From positions 62,001 through 125,488 of the forward strand of contig KZ538112.1 in NCBI GenBank assembly GCA_000934665.2: 63,488 nt of DNA, read 5' to 3'. This DNA is from Catajapyx aquilonaris (lineage: Eukaryota). The notes beneath the pieces are model-generated. The model did not search any database. It saw only the letters and a list, made by a program, of their open reading frames with translations, and was not told the DNA's origin. This document shows, in pieces, positions 28,801-40,640 of this stretch. The translations under genes and the position numbers were made by a program. How positions within the stretch are numbered: position 1 is the stretch's first letter; each line of letters begins with the position of its first letter.

Positions 28801-30280
28801 CTTTCCTGTTCACTGGTCCTTTTTCTGTGTGCAAGTAGAGCGAGTGGCAGGTTTGCAGCCAAATGTCCGCAGAACATGCAGGAACTCGCAAGCTCAAGAG
28901 TATGCTTACCCAGGTTAGGCTTTTTTGACAGAAATCGAATTGCATTTTGTACTAACACAACATTGTATCTGAGGTTGTCTTCTTCTTCTCTTTTTTTGCA
29001 ATTTATCATGGTCCAAAGATGAAATGTTCATTTCCTAACATATGAAGTGTTCATGTATACATCAGCATTAACACCACACCATTGTCATCAGGAATAATAT
29101 GAGTAGCAGCTATGAGTTGTTCTGAATATAACCTAACCTAAACTTTTGTTTTTTGCTTTAAAATTTTACTATGGTTGCTTTTCACATATCTGGGTCTTTG
29201 GGCTTTTGTGGGCTTGGCTTTTGCTAAACACTAGTTTTCATGGAATTTCTCTGTCCTCTACATTTCCCACACAATGTGAATGTTCGTTGAATGAAATCAT
29301 TCTAATTCCAGCTAAAATTGTGAAGATTTATCAGTAGTAAAAATGGTGACATGAATCGAGAAATGTACCATAGCCTCACATTACTGCCGATAACAGCTAC
29401 AGTGCCATGCAAAATCGCCATCACAAAGTAGAGGCTGTGGTACAGACAAGATCTGGAAGTAAAAAGTACTTTTACACAGTAATACTTTGTCAATACTACA
29501 ATATGTTCCGTAACCTCATAATAATGATTGATCCAGCACAATGCATATAAAAACATACCAATTCTAACTTTAGAAGGTAGACCATTGCACTGTGAAATTG
29601 GTTATATTGTTTCACTTACATTCTTAACCAAAATTCAGCCGAAGGTGGATTATGCCACACCTGATCCAATCACCCACCCAATATACGGATCAGTGGCACC
29701 AGCAGAAGTGCCCCCGCCAGCCCACATGCAGCAACAGGCACCCCAGATGATGCATCCACAGAATCACATCTCCCAGCAACAACTGCAGCAACAACCACCA
29801 CAGGTGCTACAGCAAGCACCTCCAGTGCAGCAGCAACAGCAGTTGCCACCCAAACCCAAAGGCCCAATCCCAGAGCAACACAGAGTGTTGCAGGAAGTGT
29901 TTCATCAGTTGTGGCAAAAGTGCACAAACAGTGCTCAAGCCAACCCTGTAAGTTCATTGTGTCCGTTCGTGTCATGTTAATCCTGCCGCAACTCACCTTT
30001 CTGTATATTTTTCTATTAGCAAATGAAGCGTAAGTTGGAAGATGTTGCGAGAAAGCTGGAGGCTCTCTATGACAAGCTCCGTGTATCGGAGCTTTCAGAT
30101 ACCACCCTCAGTGGACTCCATCAGCTTGTGCATGGAGTTCAAATATGTGACTACAACACAGCCCTCACGTCTCACACTCAGATGGTCTCGGGAGGAAACT
30201 TTGCGGAGATGTCTTCCTTCATGCCTGGACTAAAAGTGCTCCTCCAGACTGCTGCTCAGTTGCAGGTCTACGTCCAGTGA
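22876..30280 (+). CDS. Sec31: COPII outer coat protein Sec31
   Basis: N-terminus [16 protein letters not shown]...[17 protein letters not shown]40 repeats ([34 protein letters not shown]), ACE1 region, Pro/Gln-rich linker with GWNDPP, and C-terminal domain [19 protein letters not shown]. Exons approx. 22876-23151, 23292-23544, 23879-23976, 24387-24632, 24708-25025, 25204-25614, 26772-27228, 27327-27472, 27596-28256, 28334-28461, 29639-29947, 30020-30280. Confidence 0.98.
25867..26016. mobile_element. pogo/Tc1-mariner-type MITE (150 bp) in Sec31 intron
   Basis: TA|CAGTCGACTCTGGATACAAG ... CTTATATCTGGAGTGGACTG|TA, with a 16/20 TIR match and TA flanks. Confidence 0.7.
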
Positions 30281-32134
30281 ATTGGGGGAGTTAGGCATGG
30301 GTGAAAATTATCAATGAGGTGAACCAAGTGTATGCCTTACTTTGAATGATTCTAAATGATCGTAAATGATTCGTGGTGATAACTTTTTTGCTTTGTGTAA
30401 GTACTGAAAACAGTGTATAGCTTAATTTTTTTTGGTTGTTTGAGAGTTGCAATAAAAATAAACGGGGCCATTCAGCATGTACTCGATTTTTGTAGTTTTG
30501 TGTTGATGACGTTACTGTATTACCCCCACATACTGCTGTATTCTAGTATAAAATGAGATTGACCATGGAGCCAGTATGCAGTATGGGAAAGCAGAGTGGC
30601 AATGAGGTGACACATTCCCCCACAGATAGACGTGTCCTGGGTTCACTTTGATCTGCGAAGGTTAGGTTTTCTCCAGCTTCATCTTGGGTGGGATATTCAT
30701 TAGAAGAATTGCCCAGAGGAAAAAGTACGAGACAATTGAGACTGACATTTCACTTATGCTTGCACCTCTCCACCCACTCACCCTATTCTGTCCGTGCACA
30801 GCTGTAGCATTGCCTAGAACACATTTAACTGGGAAATCAGATTTCAGGTTGCCATCTAGCAACAACCTGTTACTTCAAACCGTGTTACTTGTGAACAAGT
30901 GGAGTGGAAGCTGACCTCATAGGGTTCAACCTTTATTGGAAAGAGCAGTGTAAAGAAGAAGGGTATATGAACTGAGGGGAAGGTTGCTCCTGTTGCCTCC
31001 CCTTCCAGTCTGGCAATTAGTGATGTAAAAACACTAGCAGGTTTTCCAACTTTGTGGGATTCAATACCAAACGTAGATGAGTTCACAAATGGACAACCAC
31101 CAATGAACTAGAAATCTACCTACTTTAAATCCTAGGCAGAAGTTCGGAATACAATTAGTAGAGAGCTCCTGTTTAGAGACATTGTCGTGGAGCAATTATT
31201 ATTAATGAACAGCAAAATGATAGTGCGTGGTGATCATGCTCGTGTAATGACGTGAAAGGGAAGAGCTAAATAAAAACAATGTCTAGTGTTATTTGTATAC
31301 ATCCATTGTGTAATTTGGCCACAGACGATAACGGGATAACTAGTGCACATGCCCTTACACTTTGTTATCTCACTATCAGTACCTACTTCTGAGGTCAGTA
31401 ATAATCGCTGGCTCCGTACAACAGTAGTTCCAGCTGCACAGGGTGTTCCATAATAATACTGACAAACTAGTAAGGGGAAGAAGATCACTGTGTCTGAGGG
31501 TCACTATTTTGGTTTCTGTAACCTCGTTGCCCTACAAAAGCTAATGGTAAAATTACATCTGCAAATGCAATTACCTGTACTGTATCTACAATAAGTAATA
31601 TTTAGTGTTTTAAATTTTAGTGTTGCATGTAGGGATGCATACCTATTGGAATATTTTAAAGGTCATTATCTCAGTAACGAACCTTTGACTCCTACATTTC
31701 TTAAGAAGTGATCCCGTGATGTCCAAGAACTCACCCTAGAAGGTTGTCTGAATCATTACGAAAGATATTTAAAAAAGAAATAAAAAGCTGTGCGCATTAC
31801 ATCTGCAGAACAAACAGTGTACAAGGTCCAATTTGTCGTAACTAATACGGTACGTCAATCTCCAGATGGTTTTGGCCTTACTTTCGAGTACACCAGATAA
31901 ACCTTCCTAATTGTTGACTACACTATACTAAGGTTCTAGTACCTTCAACAGTGTCAATAAATCAAGGCATACGTACACTGTTATCAAATACGGTATTTCA
32001 TTTTACAATATCGCAACTTTTTGGAGTAACCGCCCCATTTCATGAGTAACATCAAAAATATTAATTGCAACTGTATTCATCTTGTGAATTTTGTGCAACG
32101 TACTATAGGTTGCGGACACGATACCCTTATCGTC

Positions 32135-32207
32135 GCCCCTGTGGCCTAACGGATAAGGCATCGGTCTCCTAAACCGGGGATTGCGGGTTCGAGTCCCGCC
32201 AGGGGTA
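32135..32207 (+). tRNA. tRNA-Arg (anticodon CCT)
   Basis: 73-nt cloverleaf GCCCCTG...CAGGGGT-A, anticodon arm TCGGT-CT-CCT-AA-ACCGG, T-loop GGTTCGAGTCC, followed by an oligo-T Pol III terminator. Confidence 0.97.
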
Positions 32208-32302
32208 CTTTTTTCTCAGTTTTGCTGCCATGCAGTTTGCATAATATTTTGCAGCAATCCAGTGTGGGTAATACAAACTGTATGGCAATGAAAATAAAAA
32301 AG

Positions 32303-32375
32303 TACCCCTGGCGGGACTCGAACCCGCAATCCCCGGTTTAGGAGACCGATGCCTTATCCATTAGGCCACAGGGGC
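32303..32375 (-). tRNA. tRNA-Arg (anticodon CCT), inverted copy
   Basis: Reverse complement is identical to 32135-32207 except one D-loop base (TAATGG vs TAACGG). Oligo-T terminator follows on the minus strand. Confidence 0.97.
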
Positions 32376-34815
32376 GGTGGTAAGAGCAATCCTCTTCGTA
32401 CCCGAAAGCATGTCGCACGAAGGTGACTATCGGTGACTATAATTATAATATCAAGGGGGTCTATATTTTAATGGGAAGGTTTTTTCGAGACCCTATAACA
32501 TTGAAATTCATGTGGTAATTGTTGCTATTGTTGCACTTATATATTCTGCACTCACAGAATAGCAAATGCGGTGGTGCAGAAGTAGGCCTATAATGGTCTG
32601 CAAATCTGATAAATATGAGGGACAATCAATAATTGACACTTGTTTTCCTCGCATTAGTGTGTCACATAACACTTACCTCTGACCGTACGTAAGAGTTGAC
32701 ATGCACCGAATGCTTGATAACCAATCCTCTACATGATTTGGTATTTTTTTTACATTCAGTTTTTGTCATGTCATATTGGATGTGTACGTCGCAGTAAGCC
32801 AGTAATTGCGTAATTTGAATGACCGTCAAATTTGTCGCAAGCCATGCATTTATAACAATAGTGTTCTAGTGCAATTATTTCATCTCCTATAATTTTGATT
32901 ACGTAACCAAAGCGGCTAAATTATCTTCAGGTTGCATGATTATGGTTCTCATTGCCCATGTGTTCGAGTACTTACTCTAGTACGCGTAATTTTACTAATT
33001 GAAAGTGCAATGTTTTGAATTAAATAAAATAGGCCCTCGCTATGTTACATTATTTCAATTAAATTAAAATGACACGACTGCAAAATACATCGTTCAGAAA
33101 AATAAGTGGGTGCGATATGACCAAATGGCCCTCAACCCTTTCTTGATAAATGTTGTGAACTGGAACATACCAGTAGTTTCATATCTCTTGCTGGGACGTG
33201 TGTGGAGGTGTGCCTTTGCAATCGCAAATTAATCTCAAAATATTTGTACACTGCATATAGAGGAAATGTATCTGTAGGTTATCTCACACTTTTGATAATG
33301 GAGCTGGTGCACATGTCCTCAGGACAGCCAAACTCACAGTGCACTGTGTAAATGTAGCAATATGTCACTTTTTCAAAATTAATCTGATTTCAACTTAACA
33401 TTGACACCATGTCACAGATTCATGTCATGAATGTATCGCTAACTAACAAAACTTGCTGTCAGTCTTCCGAATTAAAATATAAAATGCATTAATTCCGGTA
33501 CAGAGGGCATCAGCCATGATAATCAATGTGCAAGGTTCAATTGGAAGCGACATTTTTTTGCGCATGTAAGGGGGGCTCAAGGGCAGCTGAATAATGTCAA
33601 ATAACTTAGGACAACTATTGTTGCCTTTGATAGATTCGTCAGTTATACACAATTGCATAATTCTTGATCGTCATTTCGACTGACATGCATACAGTACAAA
33701 ATAATGTCGAAAGATTATTAGGGGGTGCAATAGCACTCGGGGACATTTGGCGTTATCGCTTCTGATGGAGGTACGCGTGCACTGAAATCGACCCAAGTTT
33801 GTGAACTTGATTGTTTTGCGACGGATGCCATCACATGAATCAGATTAGACCTCTGCAGCAGTCGAAGAAGGCTTCAGTTCATTGCTCTAAAAATGCAGAA
33901 TTCAGACATAAGTGCTGTACAGTAGTATTATCCCGAGCCAAAATGATTGCGCGAACAATTTAATTACTACATATAATAGGCCCTACTGATATTATGGTTT
34001 CTACAAGACCGGTACTGTTCTGCTACTCATGCTGTTAGTAGCCAAAGTGGACACATTATGTTGTGAACTTGGTTGTGATGACGGTTATATCAAGAGGCGA
34101 TATACGTGTTTTAATTTAATAATGTTTCAGAACAATACAGTCATACACGGGCGAATTACTCTCTAAAAGTTAACTACTTTTATTTCACATTTCCGTTTGA
34201 AAATTGAAAATATGGAGGGCGGGACTATGCGTTATCGTGGCTGTACTGTTGCGAGTGTCAGTCAGCATTTGCAGATATCAGTGGGTATATATCAATGAAG
34301 GGCGGGCCTTTTCGTCATCAGATTCGCACTGCCGCTGTTCTGAGAAATTTTCCTCATACACTCTGCTTACGAATATACTTTCCCTATAGGTATAAGTTGT
34401 GAAAAGCACCCTGGCGTTGGTCAAGAGGTATTTTCTTAACTGGTAAGAATTCCAACATGATTTATTTCATTTTCAAATTTTACACTATCAATCATTTATG
34501 TAATTAGGAGTGTATTATCATAAGCTGTCTTCTAATACCCAAAAATTCTTCAGGAGAGCAATGTTAAGGTTGCATAATTATTTCTCGGCCATTCTTGGTG
34601 TCATTTTGCTCTTTATTTCTTTCCATAGCTTGTATGCAATGGTAACTTCAGGATTCCATGTTTTATCTTGTAAAGGTGGACGAGTTTCCGCAGACAAATA
34701 GCACTCGTTATATCTCTAAAACACTTGAAAGAAGCTTAACTCTCTTGATAACCCAGCGGCAGCACATAATGATAGTTTTTCATTTCTAGAAACGTTAACA
34801 AAGCAAGATATAAGA

Positions 34816-35820
34816 ATGGGAGTTCTGCAACAAGCAATGTCCTGGACATGGCAGGTGTGGTGGGACGCTGCTCTGCCGAGAGGTCATCCAGCCAGGAGGT
34901 CATCGACAGAATCAGTCAAGAGTCCTCTCTACACTTGTGGATGCCAGGTAAGCTCTCTTTAATCGTCTCATACAAGCAGCAAGCCCTCTATAACAATCTT
35001 TGAATCTACTTAGGAAGACTACAAGGAAGTAGGACAAGTAGCTCTAGAAACTGCTTGGGAGTTAGTGAATTCAAAAGGATGGCGTCTCGAGAAAGCGTGC
35101 AAGAACGGCGATGCAGTGTTCAGCAAGAAATCACCTACGGGAAAGAAAATATACCTAATCTCCGTAAGTACACACTGTAATGTTACAGTATGACAAATCT
35201 GAGTATTGTGGTTTACACAGGGAATTATTGATGCACCTCCTGCCACCTTGAAGGAAGAGCTATTCCACGGAGTTGACCGCATGGCCAGTTGGAACTCGAC
35301 TGTCGCGGAAGCTCGCATCATTGAGGTACGTATGTAACTGCCAGCGTTACCGGATGTATAATGACAGTCTTCTTATTACACAGAAAATTGACCACAATGT
35401 CCATGTTTCGTACCAAGTGGCCAGCAGCTCACGAGGCCTGGCCACGCGCGATTTTGTCACCGTTCGTTACATGGGCGTCAAAGATGGCGTGTACGTGGCA
35501 GCGGGACAGTCGGTTGAACATCCGGACATGCCTCCAAGCAAGAACCACGTCCGGTAAGTGTTTTGGATTCAATCTTGCTGGTTGATGTGTTCATTGTATG
35601 ATGTGTCTTTTGAAGTGGGGAGAACGGCCCCGGGGCGTGGGTGATTCGACCCATCCCTGGAGATCCAAACCGTTGCTCTCTGCAATGGCTGTTGGACACG
35701 GATATCAAGGGATGGGTGCCTCAGACTCTCATAGACGCCGTGCTGGGAGGAATTCTAGTCAACTCGCTGCATTGTGTTCGACAGTTGAGTGACAAGTTGA
35801 GGCAAGAGAGTGACAAGTAG
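34816..35820 (+). CDS. START-domain lipid/cholesterol transfer protein, STARD1/STARD3-like, without MENTAL domain
   Basis: Exons 34816-34947, 35014-35163, 35221-35325, 35384-35553 and 35616-35820 splice in frame. Motifs GWRLEK...GDAVFSK, RMASWNSTV, RDFVTVR, HVRGENGPG and WLLDTDIKGWVP are typical of the STARD1/3 subfamily. Confidence 0.92.
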
Positions 35821-37303
35821 TGCATTTTGGTGAGGACCACATTTTTCTGTCAGTACTGCCTTGAGGGGATATATCAGCATATCATGATTGTCATTATGTT
35901 GTAAAGTTTGCCATACTGCCATACTTCGGATTCTGTGTAATGATGTGAACAAATGTAAATACACTTAATAAACTTTCTTGATTGTTTTATTACTGTACTT
36001 TGAATTGTCAGTCGTATTTCAGTGCAGCTTGATTTGAGATACAGGAGTTAATCATCTCAAACAGGAAACAGCTGTGGCATATCAATTGCCTTCTTCACTG
36101 CCGAAAAAAAACTCGCAAAGATTACAGCATAAATGCAACCTCGTGCATTTATTTTGAAACTGCTTACAAGTCTTCATACTAGTTCAGGTGCTGTACAAAC
36201 ATCTAGCGAGGAATTACCCCTGATCAAATGTGTCAAAGTCAAACGCCAGTTTCTGCAACATGAACAAGTATTGTTATGGATTTAGTGTGCTCGTTGAAAC
36301 CGTGTCTGATCACATGCATGGGTTGATGACAATCATGGGCAATACGTGAAGGTAAGACTCTACCTCTGACAGTATTTGAAAACATTTTAAACACTGACCA
36401 CCAGGCAGGTTGTTTTATTTCGCGATACAATAATAGCACTATGATATTATTTATTTAATGCCGAAAATGAATTAAAATTTCGTGACATTATTTTGTTTCA
36501 GTATTTAAAATCACTACTTCCGTCATACAGGATCAAATAAAGTTCCCATCTGCCTGTAATATGAATGGCAAAAGTGATGTCTCAAGGATTATGCATGTTT
36601 GTTCTACCGGATACTCCTTCCCACGTACAGTACTTTAAGTTTCTAAGAAAATAGTGCTCGAGGCTAATGCAGTACTTCTGCTTGCTGTGATACAAATTGA
36701 GTAAATCATGAATTGACATGATAACCACACCAAAATATACGTACAATACTATAACAAACTTAAATAGCCTATAGAAAATGGTATACATGTCCTGGACTTG
36801 TTGAGTTTCACACACACTGTGTGGACTTTATTTTGAACCACACGCTAATGCAAATTACATCCACTAATCTCGTATTAGGCAAATTTATATAATAAATTAT
36901 TGCGTATTTATATTGAACAACGCCCAACTGCTTCAACTGATTGTAACTTCACGAACAACACATATCCGTATCTTCAGGCAACAATTTCACGCCCAATCTA
37001 TTATGCCCTCAGAATAAGCCGAATCACCTCCAAAAACCCACTTACTCACCACTCTTTCAGCCATCATCATCAATCAGGGCGTGCTTGGAATACCCTTTGA
37101 CATATTGACTTTCCAATCCATTAGCCATAAGGCCACCAATATTGAAGTGTGAAGGTGTCTTTTATCGGAAGCCATTGAGGCGTGGTGAGTGGTGGTCTCT
37201 CCTTCTGGGCTCTTCTTCACCTTGGATCTAAGTGCCAGTCATCAGCAGTTGCGTAATGAGTCCGTCACGAAAGGTTGGGGCATATTCCCATCGCAATCTC
37301 TCA

Positions 37304-38925
37304 ATGGCAAGGATGGTGCTGCTGGCTACGCTTCCTCTTCTTCTGGTCTCCACTCTGGTGGGGGGCAACTCCTTGTCTTCTAGTTGCCCAGAAAGAGGGT
37401 TTGGGTACGACTTCAGGCTGCACCAACCTTCAGAGAGGTGCTTCAAGATCGGGGAACCGGGACCATGCACTGGTGACTTAGTCTTCTACAACTACGACAA
37501 CGTATATGGGTACTGTCGGTGTCCGCATGACTGTGGGAAGATCAAGATCTATTGGCCATGGGATGAGAGGTGCTACTATGTCAATTCGCAGGTGAGGTTA
37601 TTTCCTGTTACCGGAAGATGTCAACCTGGATATAACGGAAACATTTTCCACTATATCCATGTGGACATGTTTCACTGTTACAAACGACTTTATCGCCACA
37701 TTGTCACAAAAGTACTAAATGTTGATATATCCATCAAGTGGTTTTCACTTTGTTAAGCACTGTATGGTACCGGTGTCTTGCAGGCTAGACATTAGTCAAG
37801 GGGTGGTTTTTCCAGACGTGAGATACTGCTATAGGGAAGGACACTAATTACATCAAAGTCTTGACCTTGTCGATCTCAAAATAGCGTGGGTATCATGCAA
37901 AAGTAATGAAAGTGCTTTAATTATTGTACTTTTATGATGCTCTCAGAATCATCATCTTACCTAACATTTGCGTGTGGAAACATACTGCATATGAATACGG
38001 AATATTTACGTAACTAATGCGTTTGCCAAGCTTGTTGACAATAAATGATGTGCATGTATTACTGTCTAGCTGATATTATTTTGAGTTGAAATCTTAAAAT
38101 ATTTTCTCTCTCTCTCTATCTTGCATTTCCTTGAAAAAAAAATGGTTTTGAGTATGGAGCAGAAAACAAGAGAATTGAAATAATATTTTCCCGCATATTT
38201 TTCTCACACAAAACTATTAGGTACCTAAAAATATTCCATACTACTGCGAGTCATGCTTCCAAATCACACACAAGCTGGAATGAAGCATTGTTTTGTTTTA
38301 AAATAAGACCCTTAATAACATATCACTTCAGACAGTAGTTCCAGTGACGCAATGATAGCGTTGAAATAAAAAGTGTGTAACAACATTTTGCATATTATTA
38401 TCTACTTACAAATAATAATGTTGCATGTTAGTGATCCTACCTATCTGACACCAGTTGCTGGCATGCATCCATCAGCAGTCACAATAGCCTGTCAGTATCT
38501 TCGGATATGTCCCACGATGGTTCATTTATTACATCAGTGTCATCTACTTTCAGGGCCCATGTGGACCAGGTGAGATCCTGACTTGGACTGAGGAGAAAAT
38601 GTCCCACTGTACGCCGAACCCATGCTATAGCTACGCCGACCGATCGTCCGACCGGTACGTCCTGTGGTTCACCGGGAAGTGCTACGAGACAGGAGTGATT
38701 GGAGCTCCTCCTTGCGACATGCCCTTCGAACAGCTGCAACTGGCTGGATTCTTGGCACCCAAATGCGTGGACAGGATCATCTGTAAGGCCTTCAATGCTC
38801 CTGAGACTGTGTGCTCTGCTGGTACTCTTCCGGACCACCTCGGGCGATGCAGGCCGGCCAGGAGTGGCTTCCAGATTTGTCCCGATGGACGTGTATGGGA
38901 CCCGGTCTTTCAGAAATGCAGATGA
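37304..38925 (+). CDS. Secreted cysteine-rich protein, DUF4789-like
   Basis: Two exons (37304-37591, 38554-38925), 219 aa. Signal peptide MARMVLLATLPLLLVSTLVGG. Repeated modules CFKIGEPGPC and YWPWDERCYYVNSQGPCGPGE...CTPNPC, plus C-terminal CSAGTLPDHLGRCR. Confidence 0.85.
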
Positions 38926-39799
38926 GACGCAGTTTTACAGCAGCAACGCATTATATTTGTTTGTTTCAGATATAGTGATGAAGAGTTTAAATCTTAATAT
39001 CAAATTGAGATGGTACATGCGGAAGTGAATAATCTGCACTATTTCATCCGCAGCATGTGGAATGAAACATAGCAACGATTTTTCTAACATTCTTTGCGGT
39101 TTACCCAGATGTGTTAGTGATAATGCTGTCATAATACAGTGTGCAGTAGGTTGTGACTAATTTACAATGTTGCGTTGTTTTGTGCCTTTTATCGTAACCG
39201 ATTGTGCACTTGTTATACCTTGTTATTGAAGGGGTCGAATTCAATAAGATTACTTACCTTTCTTGATATTATATTATCATCTTGCTTATTATTTTCTCAC
39301 AAAAGACAGTTTTTGGCAATTTTTTACAAGTGTTTACAAAACCAAGACCAAGACTGGCACATGCTTTAATACATATAAGCCTAACTGCGACAATACAATC
39401 TTAATAGAATTCAGAGTAGCTCGTGCTTAATGTAACAACACACAAAGTGCTGTAACGCACATGCAAATATAAGGAATAAACACGTCAGTTTTACGTGTAC
39501 ATCATTGCTTTATTATTTACATTTTAATGTAGCATATTCTCTACATAAGGTTTTGTTCAATCCCAAATGATACCTCAACATTTCAGCTGTCTATTTTTCC
39601 CAAATATATTTAATTCTTTGACTACAGCCGTTTCGCATCCTTACCAAACCGTCAAAATAGAAGCTGCATGCCATTATCCCATAATATTAATTTATTTAAG
39701 TAGTCAATTACAGGAAAAATCGGCACATCGGTGACAGCCTAGGTCAAGCATTAAAACATGTACGGTATTGAAACAATTTCCAAAGACACATTACTTCTT

Positions 39800-40534
39800 C
39801 TAATACGAGTGGTAGGGATATCCGTAGCCGTAGCCATACCCGTACGCCAACTGACTCCAGTCTCCGTGCCCATACCCATACCCAGCAGAATACTGAGGCC
39901 ATCCTGAAATATTCACACACACAGTAATGTACTCAAGCACTATTTTTTTTTAAAGTACTTACCATTAGCATAAAGTGATCCAGCCTTGTAGTTATTGTAA
40001 GGGTATGTGACGGGATGTACAACTTTATAGCTAGGGTAATGCTGCTGTTGGGGGTAGAACTGGGAGTAGTAATACGGGTAATGTTGTGGGTAATACTGCT
40101 GTGGGTAGTACTGATGGGTTGGGTAGTATTTGAGGTGACTGCTCGGGTAATACTGCGGATATCCGACCGATTTGTACTGGTATGATTGATGGGGATACGC
40201 ATAGGTGTAGGTGGGTTTGTAGTAAGATTGGTGTGGATAGGCATAGTAAGATTGGTAGTAACTCTCAGGAAGTTTGAGTGAGTAGGGATATCCATGTGCG
40301 TATCCGTAACCGTGGGCGTAACCATACCCCAGGTTACCCCCAGAGGACGTGTTCAGGTCATGTTTGGCATCTGTCCCGTTGACCTTGGGTTCACATGATG
40401 CACGGGACGTCATCAAGGCAATGGCCGTACCCACGCTCCAAAGTATCGCCTGAAAAGCCACACTGCCAATCTCCAAATTCGTAAACCACTGAATCTGATG
40501 AAAATAAAATACTTACGCACAAATTCAGCGTCAT
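39800..40534 (-). CDS. Secreted Tyr/Pro/Gln/Gly/His-rich low-complexity protein (cuticle or matrix structural protein candidate)
   Basis: Exons 40534-40517 (MTLNLC), 40449-39963 and 39903-39800 join in frame. Signal-peptide-like start, GYGYAHGY repeats, YYP(Q/T/S) repeats, and C-terminal GYGYGYGYPYHSY*. Confidence 0.88.
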
Positions 40535-40633
40535 GTCTCGTACTATCCTTCAAGTACACACTAACTTAAAAAAAAGCACCGTAGACCCACAGAACTAGTG
40601 TTGGGATGCGTTTGGATGAACAGGGACCATCCT

Positions 40634-40640
40634 TTTTATA
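40634..40640 (-). promoter_or_regulatory. TATA box of the Tyr-rich gene
   Basis: TATAAAA on the minus strand about 100 bp upstream of the ATG. Confidence 0.55.

Noticed and set aside
30560..31120. Coding-like sequence downstream of Sec31
   Set aside because: No long open frame and no identifiable motif.
15871..35820. FAMeT domain plus START protein as a hormone-biosynthesis cluster
   Set aside because: The FAMeT-like domain is inside a secreted TEP and lacks evidence of enzymatic activity. The genes are separated by Sec31 and tRNAs.
39933..40325. Thr/Ile-rich ORF overlapping the Tyr-rich gene
   Set aside because: It is an alternative frame of the low-complexity exon, and splice phases support the Tyr-rich frame.
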